Position numbers and translations under genes: made by a program. The notes beneath the pieces are model-generated. The model ran no database searches. It saw nothing but the letters and a program-made list of their open reading frames with translations, and was not told the origin of the DNA. A DNA stretch of 64,000 nt, taken from NCBI GenBank assembly GCA_934454525.1, contig CAKSFM010000004.1, positions 101,095 to 165,094 on the forward strand. The letters run 5' to 3'. This document shows positions 48,314-57,563 of the stretch, piece by piece. The stretch comes from an uncultured Clostridia bacterium. Its GTDB lineage: Bacteria; Bacillota; Clostridia; UMGS1883. Numbering within the stretch: the first letter of the stretch is position 1; every line of letters begins with the position of its first letter.

Positions 48314-48319
48314 GCTTTA

Positions 48320-49714
48320 TCAGTCCGTAACCTTTTGAATACTGCCGTTCCACTCTGTAAGCGCATATATATCGCCGTTCGGTGCAAACAGATCTTCATC
48401 GCTGTATCTGTAGTTGGCAGCTTTGGTAATGCGGCGCTCATCGTTTCCGTCATATGTGAAATATCCGTCACTTGCTGCCGCAATCTCATGATATCCGTTT
48501 TCAGCAGGAACCTGCTCGGGACACCATTCGCATTTCAGATATAAAAGTCCGTTCGCTTCTCCGATAAGCTTCACGGAATGGTAAGCATTTCCGAAAGATT
48601 CCGTTATATCAAGCATATCGCCGCCCTCATCACAGCGAAAAAGCGTTGACCTTGAGAACGGATGCTTAAACAGCGTCTGAAGATATTCCCTTGCGCCGAT
48701 GTAAATACTGTTGCCGAGACGCGCCGCGTTTTCTATATTATAATTGCTGCCGATTTTTATGGTTTTTCCGTTACTTACAAGAAAGCATGCCTTAGAGCCT
48801 AATACAAAAATATGTTCCCTGCCTGCCGCTATATACTCCGAAACGTGCATTATATCAATTCCGTTTACGGTAATTATATATCCATACAATTTTACGGACG
48901 GTTTTTCTCCGTTTTCCTTATCAGCCTTTACAAACGCCCATTCGTTTTCAATTTCCGTTCCGTTCCAAAACACCTTCCCGTTTTCCTCATCAACAGTCAG
49001 TTCGATGTCGCGGCGGTTTTCGTCATCATAATCTGCCGCTTCGGTTTCCGAAAGCGTTCCCGTTTTATAATCAAACCGCTTTTGTTCCCTGATATAGTCC
49101 GTGTCATACCCGCCGTTTTCATCTTGCACTTCAATGCGCTGCGATGAAAAGATAACAGCTCCGCCTGCGTCTTTTTTGACAATTTCCATCCGCGTATAAT
49201 TTAAGCCGGCGCATGACCTGATCGTGAACTTGCCCGGAACCCACTGCGTTGCCCAGTTAAATTCCTTTGTCGCATAATCGTATGTCATCGGGAAATATGT
49301 AACGTTTCTGAAATTAAGCAGCGGATAATCCATTTCCGAATTATTAATTTTCTTTCCGTTTATGTAAATCGGATAATCGGGAATAACTGCCTTGTTCGTC
49401 TTTGAATTTCTCTGTGTTTCATAGACAGGCAGCGCACCGCGAACATAAGGGTAATATGCAATATAAAGCCCTTTCCCCTCCACCCACTGCGAGGTAAGCC
49501 CCAGCGCGCGGCAGTATTCGTATGTCATCGGAAAATATGTTATATTGCGGAACGAAATCAGCGGATAAACCGAATCGGCATAGTATACCGAAGCGTCGTT
49601 TATCAAGCATTCGTAATCAGGTATAATCACCTTTTCCGTTTTTGCCGCCGACGCCGAAGCCGCCGTCAGCATGAGCGCCGCCGAGAGAGCCGTAATCAGT
49701 TTTTTTGCGTTCAT
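48320..49714 (-). CDS. Secreted protein of unknown function with a duplicated N-terminal module of about 60 aa
   Basis: Signal peptide MNAKKLITALSAALMLTAASASA. Repeats VIIPDYECLINDASVYYADSVYPLISFRNITYFPMTYEY and AVIPDYPIYINGKKINNSEMDYPLLNFRNVTYFPMTYDY. Confidence 0.75.
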   Translation of the reverse strand: MNAKKLITALSAALMLTAASASAAKTEKVIIPDYECLINDASVYYADSVYPLISFRNITYFPMTYEYCRALGLTSQWVEGKGLYIAYYPYVRGALPVYETQRNSKTNKAVIPDYPIYINGKKINNSEMDYPLLNFRNVTYFPMTYDYATKEFNWATQWVPGKFTIRSCAGLNYTRMEIVKKDAGGAVIFSSQRIEVQDENGGYDTDYIREQKRFDYKTGTLSETEAADYDDENRRDIELTVDEENGKVFWNGTEIENEWAFVKADKENGEKPSVKLYGYIITVNGIDIMHVSEYIAAGREHIFVLGSKACFLVSNGKTIKIGSNYNIENAARLGNSIYIGAREYLQTLFKHPFSRSTLFRCDEGGDMLDITESFGNAYHSVKLIGEANGLLYLKCEWCPEQVPAENGYHEIAAASDGYFTYDGNDERRITKAANYRYSDEDLFAPNGDIYALTEWNGSIQKVTD

Positions 49715-49746
49715 TTTCCACAATCCTTTCCTGTATTTTCACTTTC

Positions 49747-49775
49747 AGTCTAACATAAGTGACAATATCTGTCAA
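49747..49775 (-). promoter_or_regulatory. Putative sigma-A promoter for the 464-aa secreted protein gene
   Basis: Minus strand: TTGACA, 17 nt, TAGACT. Confidence 0.5.
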
Positions 49776-49837
49776 ACATAGGCAGATGTGTCAGTATCCG
49801 AACAGAGCCTTCAGGACATTCTGAGAAACTTCATGTA

Positions 49838-51380
49838 TCACCGTTTTGTTATCGTTACAGTTTTTGTTTCGCCGTTCCAGTCAACATCTGCCCCCAACGC
49901 TTCCGAAACAAATCTTACCGGCACATATGTTCTGCCGTTCCGAATAAAGGTTTTAACCCCGATATCCACACTTTTAGTGTTGTTGACTGTGGCAACGGAG
50001 GATAACAGCGGTATGGATATGTTTGTCTTATTATCATGAATGATAACGGTTTGCGCAGCGCTGTCCCATCCCACTGCTGCTGCGTACCCTCATAATAAAT
50101 ATCAGACAGGGGGGCGTCGTCCAAAAATACGTTTGCCCAAACGCTTCTGAGGCTGCTTGGAATCGTCAGACTTACAATCGAGCTGCAGGCTGTGAACGAA
50201 GCATTGCAGATATCAATCGTTCCGCTTGAAATCTTTACATCTTTCAGTTTTTTACAATGATAAAACAGAAACGGCTGAACTCTTGCCATTCCGCCGGGCA
50301 ATTCCACGCTTGTCAGGCTTTCGCAGTTTTCAAACGCGTAATCTCCGATGTTGTCCATCACTTTCGGCAGTTTTATTGTTTCCAATTTTTTGCAGTCTCT
50401 GAAAGCTCCTCCTCCAATGGTTTTCACAGTGTCCGGAATTTCTATATTCACAAGGCTGTCACAGCCTTCAAACGCCAAACTTCCTATTCTTGTCACGCCG
50501 CTCGGGATTATTATTTCCGTAAGGTTGCCGCAGGCTAAAAATGCCTTATTTCCGATGTTCTTAACGCTGTCCGGAACGGTAAAGCTGCCGCTTTGTTCAC
50601 CTCTGCATAAAATCAATTCGGTTTTATTTTTATCATATAACGCGCCATTCTCGGCACAGAATTTTTCGTTTGATGAATCGACCGTAATTGACAGTTTGCC
50701 GCATCGGTCAAATGCACTGAATGAAATATCTGTCACGCCGCGGGGTATAACTTATCTTTCAAGGCTTTGCACCCCGAAAACGCCTCGGCTTCAATAGTCT
50801 TTAAATTATCGGGCAGTTCAACGCTTTCAAGCGAAGTGCATCTCTCAAAAGTATTGACCCGGATATTGCTGACCTTATCGGGTATTTTTATATTTCTGAC
50901 GGCAGTGCAGCCGAAAAATGCCGAGCCTTCTATGTCAATAACAGAATCCGGTATTGTTATGTCCGTAAGCGAGGTACAGTTCATAAATGCCGCACCTCCT
51001 ATTTTCGTTAAGCTGCTTGGCAAAGACACACCTTTGAGCGAATGAAATGATTCAAATGCGCTTGCTCCGATTTCTGTTATTCCATCTTCAATAATAAGCT
51101 TTTCTATTATACGGCCTGTTTTCAGCGTTGCATACGGCTGGTTGGCGCCATGCACGGAATAATAACTTTTTATTTTGCCGCTGCCGCTTATTGTCAGCTC
51201 ATTTTTCGCCGGATCTACCGACCAATACACACTTGAGCCATCCTATCCGCATTCTCCCCTGTATCTTTCCGGTGAAGCTCCGTTTCCCTCCGCGCTTACC
51301 GCCGGAGCAAGCGCTGCCATTACTAAAGCCAATATTACCCTAACACCTGTTACTGCCCTCTTTATTCTCTTACCGCACAT
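49838..51380 (-). pseudogene. BspA-type leucine-rich-repeat surface protein with a copper-amine-oxidase-N-like C-terminal domain, disrupted by an in-frame TAG and two frameshifts
   Basis: Signal peptide ORF MCGKRIKRAVTGVRVILALVMAALAPAVSA...YRGECG, then TAG (51245..51243), then DGSSVYWSVDPAKNELTISGSG. LRR ORFs 50733..51230 and 49915..50736 are in different frames. The tail ORF 49838..50074 (FIRNGRTYVPVRFVSEALGADVDWNGETKTVTI) is in a third frame. Confidence 0.8.
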
Positions 51381-51480
51381 ATTTTGTTTCAACCCTTTTG
51401 CATGGTATGATGTTATAATATCTTAATTATACCACTGCTTTCCAATCAATGCAATGCCTTGTAATTGTTTTTATCAAAGT

Positions 51481-52197
51481 CTATTCCAAAATATTGCTTG
51501 TTATAAAATCAACACCCAATTTTGCAAGCTTTTCCGCAGCATCCTTGCTGTCACAAGTCCAGCAGTTTATTTTTATATCGTTTGATTTCAGCACCTTTAC
51601 GGCATTTTTATCAAGTGCTTTATACCCTATATCGATGTCAAGCTTATATTCCTTAAGTTTTCGCAGAATTTCGCCGTTAAATTCCTTTACAAGATACTGC
51701 AAGCTCTGCAAAGGCAAAACCTTGCGCAAAATCCTGAGATTCTCCAAATCAAAGGATATAAATATCACGTTGTCAAGGCGGCCGTTTTCATCGATAATTT
51801 CCGCAATTTTTCGTATTTCGCGCTCTTTAAAGCGATTTTTCAGTTCCAAAACCGCGTTTTTTTCATACAGTTTGCAAATGCCGATATACTCCTCCAATGT
51901 TGGGATTATGTAATCCTCTCTTTGATAACCGTCTTTCCTTTTAAGCCTTATTTTGCGAAGCTCCGCAAGGGTGCTCTTTTCAACTTCAAGGCTTATATCA
52001 GATACTCTCGCCGTATTGTCATCATGTATAACCGCAAATTTTCCGTCAGCGGTAATATGCACATCTGTTTCTATGCCGAAATAGCTTCTGTTGCCTGCCG
52101 CCACAAATGACGCGCCGGTATTTTCACACTCAATTCCACTCACACCTCTGTGCGCAATCGTCTGCGTTTTCAGTTTTTTATATTTTACTGTGTTCAT
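51481..52197 (-). CDS. Glycerophosphodiester phosphodiesterase-family protein
   Basis: IAHRGVSG..ENT, GIETDVHITADGKFAVIHDD; start moved to ATG 52197, 6 nt after GGAGGG. Confidence 0.8.
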   Translation of the reverse strand: MNTVKYKKLKTQTIAHRGVSGIECENTGASFVAAGNRSYFGIETDVHITADGKFAVIHDDNTARVSDISLEVEKSTLAELRKIRLKRKDGYQREDYIIPTLEEYIGICKLYEKNAVLELKNRFKEREIRKIAEIIDENGRLDNVIFISFDLENLRILRKVLPLQSLQYLVKEFNGEILRKLKEYKLDIDIGYKALDKNAVKVLKSNDIKINCWTCDSKDAAEKLAKLGVDFITSNILE

Positions 52198-52278
52198 AAT
52201 ATCCCTCCGCTTAATTTTACTGATTAAATACCTGTCTTTATGACGAAAAACAACCATATATTTTATCATTCAGACGGC

Positions 52279-52326
52279 AAAAAACCGGTATCGCTGAAAA
52301 CTGAATCAGAGATACCGGTTTTTTTG
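52279..52326. terminator. Bidirectional Rho-independent terminator
   Basis: accggtatc/gataccggt stem flanked by A6 on the left and T7 on the right. Confidence 0.65.
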
Positions 52327-52382
52327 GTTTATTTATTATTAAATTAAATACAAATCAGAAAAAGCATAATATAAAAGATTGT

Positions 52383-52586
52383 TCAGCGCCCATTCCGGTT
52401 TTTCCGCAAACGCTTTTTGATATTGCTCCACCAGACATTCCGCCCTTTATCTTCATCAAGCTTTTCATACATGCTGCATTTCTTTCCGTTATAACAATAA
52501 ATATACGGACATTCCGGTGAATGGCTGTCAAGCTCATATGAGCGTTTTCCCGTTTTACAGTGAGGGCATAGCTTTCTTCCAAACAT
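52383..52586 (-). CDS. Small basic Cys-rich protein (67 aa), possible zinc-ribbon
   Basis: AGGAGG RBS 6 nt upstream of the ATG; CPHC...C....C.....C pattern; basic tail KKRLRKNRNGR; lies between the giant SLH gene and the terminator. Confidence 0.55.
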   Translation of the reverse strand: MFGRKLCPHCKTGKRSYELDSHSPECPYIYCYNGKKCSMYEKLDEDKGRNVWWSNIKKRLRKNRNGR

Positions 52587-52631
52587 CGGCTTCCTCCTAT
52601 CTGTCTGAAGTATTTTATATAATACTGCGTT

Positions 52632-55600
52632 CTATTTGCAGTCCTCCCACTTGATTTCAACGCCCTTGTAATCCAGATAATAGTTATGCGTGATTGTTGC
52701 TTCAAGCACGATCACATAATACCATTTATCCTTTTCCAAATCATTAAACGGATTAAACTCAAGTGATTTAACATATGGTTCGGACGGATTTCTGCCCAGG
52801 ATTTTATTAATAACCGTCATTACCTCGGCGCGCGTAATCTCATTTTCGGCTCTGTATGTGCCGTCCTCATAACCCTGCATAAGTCCGGACGCATTAAGAG
52901 CCAGAATATCATCGTATGCCCAATGCGACTCTTCCAAGTCCGGGAACGGATTTTCCTTTTCGGACTTTTCAAGCTTTGCAAAACGGCTGATAAGCGCCGC
53001 AAACTCTGCCCGTGTAAGATTCCTTTGCGGCTTAAATTCTCCGTCCGGATAACCGTAAACTATGTTTTTGTCCGCCATATATTCAATGTCATGAGCAGAC
53101 CAGCGCCCGAGCGCCACATCGGGAAATACAGCGCCCGTTTCCGCAAACGGTTTTTCGTAAGCATGGTTTGTGATACGATACAGAACGGCAGTCATTTCCT
53201 CGCGCGTGATCTCACCGTTCGGCTGAACGCTGCCATCGGGATAACCGTAAATATATCCGATGTGCGTGGGATGCTCGTTGCCGAAAATATCCTTCGTATA
53301 TTTCCTTGTGTTGTCAACGGTTGTTCTTCCCCCACCGCCGCCTCCACCGCCGCCGGTGGTTGTTTTAAGGGCATAAATATATTTTGCCTCAGGTCCGAAA
53401 AAGCCGGTTCCGTCAACCGTTTCCATATATATCGCCCTCAGCGTTTCGGAAGATGTCAGCGTGAAAGTGTCGCTGTCCTTAAACTCTTTTCTCTTTGCTT
53501 CATCTGTAGGGTCTGAACCGTCTCTCGTATAAAACAGCTTTATATTCCGCCCCGAATTTGCATATTCGTTGACAAGCTTATACTGCGTTCCGCTTGTATA
53601 TAAAATCGGATTTCCGTTTGCGTCCGTTTCGGCAAGCGTTGAAACAGGCTTATTAAGCTCCACAAATTCATAATTGAAATCCTCCGGCGATTCGGGAATA
53701 ATATTCCCCTCGTCATCTTCAAGCCATGCGGTTATTTTAAGATTTTTCCACATTGGCGAGGGATATATCGGCGGTGTTGTTTTCTGATTGAACGCCGCTT
53801 CGGGAACGGAATATGTTTCGCCGCTTTTTAATGTCACAGTATATTTATAATGGATATTATAGTCCGAAACCGTGCTTATTGTTATACCTTGATTGCACGG
53901 CGTTTCCGAAAGCTCGTTCACCGCAAATGTATGGCGCACATCAAACGGACTGTTTACATATACCTTTCCGCTGCCCGGCGTGACGCCGCCCGAAAAAATA
54001 TAGTACTCATACACAGGTTTTGAATATGTGCCGGACGTTTTATCAAGCGGATTATAGTCCTTTATCGTGTATGCCTTTATAATTTCGTCCCGATCTACCG
54101 ATATTTTACCGCCGAGATAAAGCGTGTCGGCTTTTCCGTCGGAATTTTTGTTATAGTATATAACATGATTTGCACCTGTCGGCGAAAGCGGATTTTCGTA
54201 TATCATTACGTTGATTTTATTGTCATACACACCCGAAACAGGCTTTATAACGGGAGGAAGCGGAATGAATCTGTAAAAAGCAAGGTTCTCACTGCTTTTT
54301 ATTCCGTTCTTTTGTGCATACATATAAATAATGCAGTTATCCGTTATTTTAAGCGGTTCGCCGTACCGGTGTACTTCATCGGGCGAATCGGCATAGTAAT
54401 AATAAATCTCCGCACCGTCTGTCAGGCAGTGTATTTCCGGCATTAAAAGAACATTTTCACCGTTATCAATTACTCCGTTTTGGTTTTCGTCAATCGCTAT
54501 TTCGTCATAATTGCCAGACGGAACAGATACATACGGCGCAAGCACCGTGTCAGCCGACGGAATATAGGTGTATGTTCCTTTTGTTTCATCACTTTTCATG
54601 CCGTCAAGTTCCGCATAAACCGTAAGCTCAAACGGTGAAGTGTTGTTGGCATCATCAGGGTTTGGTGCTCCGAGTTCTGTTTGCCTGCCGGTATCACGAT
54701 AGGCTTTTCCGGTTACGGGATCAACATAAAATGTGTTAAACCCGTCAAGAACAACATCATTGTTCACATTTCCGATTTCATAGTGTATTTTCTCGCCGTC
54801 AATACCCTTAATTGGTAAAAGCGTTCCCGTGATGTCGGCAAGAACAGTGCTTTCGGGAATCTTCGGAGCTTCGGGAACGATATTATAGCTGAACACTCCC
54901 AAATCGCTCTGCTTTCCGTTTTCATCTATCGCTATTGCCTTTATAATCGTGTTGCCTTTAAGCGTTATATCCTCGCCGTTAAATTCAAAAGTATCCGCCG
55001 AACCCTTTTTCGGGTTTTCGGGAGATGTGCCATAGCCTACTGTATAGTATATTTTCGTCCCCTCCGGCTGCGCATAGAACGAGGTTGTAAACGGGTTTGT
55101 GCTGTCATTTTCGAGAATATATACGCCCGGTTTTAACGTAACCTCCGGTCTTGCAGGCTTGCCCGATATTATTTCATAAGTTTCGGTTGTAACAGCGCTG
55201 TAATGTCCCGATGAATTTCGGATAACGGCGTTTATTACCGTACTTCCGCTTATCATAACGTCAGCTTTGTCTGCCGCGGCAAGCTTTCTTGAAGATGAGC
55301 TTCTCGGATCGCTTCCGTCCGTTGTGTAATAAAGCTCATATTCATCGCCCGTGTGCGGCTTGAATATCGTAACAACCTTGCTTTTCTCGTTAAATTGCGT
55401 GGATGACGGCACAATTATCGGCGCATCGGGGATAATCGTATATTTAAACCGTGCAACATCTCCGCTGTTTTTGCCGTCCTTTGAAAAAGCAACTGCTTTT
55501 ATTTCGGTATCCTTTTCTATATGTATCGGCTTTGTTCGGTCATATACAGGGCTGTTTTTATCGGGCGTACTGCCGTCAATTGTGTAATATATAACATCGT

Positions 55601-57401
55601 CAAACGTTCCCGTTGTGAGATATATGTCCGCTTCTTCGACATACTCACCGGGGTACGGAATTGCCGAAACCGCAAGCGGCGGCAGAACATCAAACACATA
55701 ATTATATGTTGTGGTTATGCTGTACACACCGTTTAACCGTGCCACGGCACGGATTGTCGTATTCTTTGAAATTGTTATCGGTTCGGTATATAAAATACCG
55801 TGATTCCGCGGATCGCTTCCGTCTGTTGTGAATAATATCTCCGCTCCCGATTTTGTTGACTCGGATGTGAGCGTAACATCAAACGGTGAAGTATATCCGG
55901 TGTTCCTGTTGGGATTTGCCATAACGGGCGACGGCATAATATAGAGCATATAAAGCGAAACCGAGCTGTATTCCGCATCCTGTGCCGATGTTCCTCTCAC
56001 TGTAACGAGCCTTACGGATGTTGAGCGGTCTATTTCTATTTCACGGCTCAGCTTTGAAAGCTTAGCCCATCCGTTTTCAGGGTTACTGTTTGCTCCGCCG
56101 AAATCAATATCCGAAACCTCGGCGGTAAGTGAAAATGTGTAGAAAATCTCATATATATTTGAAATGTTTCCGTCATGGTCTGACTTATCCGTACCGAAAA
56201 CAGAGAATTTGTTGTTATCGGTATAGTAATAATACGGAACTTTTGTGCCATCGCCGAAAAACAGCGTTGGCGCCGGCGGCTCTATGAAATAGTTATAGCT
56301 CATTACATAGCTGTATTTATAGCTTCCGTTCACAAGCTTTCTTGCATAGCACTTTATCTGCGTTGTGTACGGAATATCAATGCCCCTTGCATCATCATAC
56401 GGAAGATATTTCGAATCATCGGGAAAAGACGGAACGTTTTCGTCTATCGAATAAAATATGTCCGCGTCTGCCGTTTTGGTGGACAGATGCACGTTCATCG
56501 CTCCGTCCTCGGACGGTGAATAATATCCCGGTTCTTTGTCCGGCACAGGCGGATTTATGGGCGCCGTGTCGCCGATTATAAGCTGATGATAACCGCCGTA
56601 AAGCATTGTTGTGTAATCTTTAAGCGTGTAGGGATACCCCGTTTTATGCTTTGGTATAAGCTCGAAAACGCCATCGTTTGAAACCATTCCGGTTTCGACC
56701 ATAATCTCCGTTGAACCCTTTGCAGAAGATTTCGGGCGCAGCGTAATATTGCAGAGATTGTACCAGTTTAAGTCCTTTTTATCCTGTTCGGGAAAAAGAA
56801 CGTTTTCGCCCCTGATTACAAACACGCCCTGCACAACGGCATACTTTTTTCCGTAAATATCCTGCATGGTAACATTTTGCAGAGTTCTGTCCGTATAATC
56901 AACAATCACATCGTTTAAGCTGCTCTCATCCCAACCTTTAATGCCGTTTGTCTCCGCGTCCTCAAATGTCATTCCCATGGTCTGAAACGGCAGCATATAA
57001 TTGATTGCCGATTGATTTGCGCCTTTTGTAAGCGATGGATTTTCATGCGTTTTCGTATCGTGATAAACTAAGTCAAAATAATTCGGATCAAAATAGAATT
57101 TGACAATATAACTGTTTAAGTTATACTGATACTCCGATTCGTCATATTTTCCGTCTGCGGTTTTCTTTCCCTTGTTCGGGGCGTCAACCGCCGCATAAAC
57201 GTTAACATCTTCGCCTGCATATATATTCGTATAAGATTCGGGATTTTCGGACGGATCGCTCTTCGCGGCATGAATGTATGCTTTTCTTTCCAGCTTTGCC
57301 GCGTCAATTGCCGGCTGTTCTCCGCCGTCTGCGGATGCCGCCGTGAACAGACTGCACAAAGCCGATATAATAAGTAATACGGAAATTATTTTTTTATGCA
57401 T
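52632..57401 (-). CDS. Giant S-layer-homology (SLH) anchored surface protein (1589 aa): cohesin-like N-terminal domain, about 10 Ig/Fn3-like 'YYTTDGSDP' repeats, Gly9 linker, three SLH repeats
   Basis: Signal peptide MHKKIISVLLIISALCSLFTAASA; repeated motifs IFYSID, ILFTTDGSDPR, IYYTIDGSTPD, LYYTTDGSDPRS, IYYTVG, LFYTRDGSDPT; C-terminal FPDV..GRWSAHDIEYMADKNIVYGYPDGEFKPQRNLTRAEFA-type SLH repeats, three copies. Confidence 0.9.
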   Translation of the reverse strand: MHKKIISVLLIISALCSLFTAASADGGEQPAIDAAKLERKAYIHAAKSDPSENPESYTNIYAGEDVNVYAAVDAPNKGKKTADGKYDESEYQYNLNSYIVKFYFDPNYFDLVYHDTKTHENPSLTKGANQSAINYMLPFQTMGMTFEDAETNGIKGWDESSLNDVIVDYTDRTLQNVTMQDIYGKKYAVVQGVFVIRGENVLFPEQDKKDLNWYNLCNITLRPKSSAKGSTEIMVETGMVSNDGVFELIPKHKTGYPYTLKDYTTMLYGGYHQLIIGDTAPINPPVPDKEPGYYSPSEDGAMNVHLSTKTADADIFYSIDENVPSFPDDSKYLPYDDARGIDIPYTTQIKCYARKLVNGSYKYSYVMSYNYFIEPPAPTLFFGDGTKVPYYYYTDNNKFSVFGTDKSDHDGNISNIYEIFYTFSLTAEVSDIDFGGANSNPENGWAKLSKLSREIEIDRSTSVRLVTVRGTSAQDAEYSSVSLYMLYIMPSPVMANPNRNTGYTSPFDVTLTSESTKSGAEILFTTDGSDPRNHGILYTEPITISKNTTIRAVARLNGVYSITTTYNYVFDVLPPLAVSAIPYPGEYVEEADIYLTTGTFDDVIYYTIDGSTPDKNSPVYDRTKPIHIEKDTEIKAVAFSKDGKNSGDVARFKYTIIPDAPIIVPSSTQFNEKSKVVTIFKPHTGDEYELYYTTDGSDPRSSSSRKLAAADKADVMISGSTVINAVIRNSSGHYSAVTTETYEIISGKPARPEVTLKPGVYILENDSTNPFTTSFYAQPEGTKIYYTVGYGTSPENPKKGSADTFEFNGEDITLKGNTIIKAIAIDENGKQSDLGVFSYNIVPEAPKIPESTVLADITGTLLPIKGIDGEKIHYEIGNVNNDVVLDGFNTFYVDPVTGKAYRDTGRQTELGAPNPDDANNTSPFELTVYAELDGMKSDETKGTYTYIPSADTVLAPYVSVPSGNYDEIAIDENQNGVIDNGENVLLMPEIHCLTDGAEIYYYYADSPDEVHRYGEPLKITDNCIIYMYAQKNGIKSSENLAFYRFIPLPPVIKPVSGVYDNKINVMIYENPLSPTGANHVIYYNKNSDGKADTLYLGGKISVDRDEIIKAYTIKDYNPLDKTSGTYSKPVYEYYIFSGGVTPGSGKVYVNSPFDVRHTFAVNELSETPCNQGITISTVSDYNIHYKYTVTLKSGETYSVPEAAFNQKTTPPIYPSPMWKNLKITAWLEDDEGNIIPESPEDFNYEFVELNKPVSTLAETDANGNPILYTSGTQYKLVNEYANSGRNIKLFYTRDGSDPTDEAKRKEFKDSDTFTLTSSETLRAIYMETVDGTGFFGPEAKYIYALKTTTGGGGGGGGGRTTVDNTRKYTKDIFGNEHPTHIGYIYGYPDGSVQPNGEITREEMTAVLYRITNHAYEKPFAETGAVFPDVALGRWSAHDIEYMADKNIVYGYPDGEFKPQRNLTRAEFAALISRFAKLEKSEKENPFPDLEESHWAYDDILALNASGLMQGYEDGTYRAENEITRAEVMTVINKILGRNPSEPYVKSLEFNPFNDLEKDKWYYVIVLEATITHNYYLDYKGVEIKWEDCK

Positions 57402-57563
57402 AATGCCAATGCTCCTTTTTCTCTTCGTTTTCCGCCGCTCTGACTTTCAGTATTTTTTAAATACTATACAAGCTTTCAACGGTAAAGTACTTAAAAAATA
57501 TTGAAATGTCAAAACACCGCTGTACGGCTCTTTTAGCCGTACACGCAGTATTTTGACCTATTT

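Noticed and set aside
47843-48319. Riboswitch or T-box leader regulating the acyl-CoA ligase gene
   Set aside because: I found no T-box (AGGGUGGNACCGCG-like) sequence and no riboswitch core that I recognise. The terminator is followed by a separate TTTACA-17-TATACT promoter, so the structured region is probably not the ligase leader. This remains unverified without a covariance-model search.
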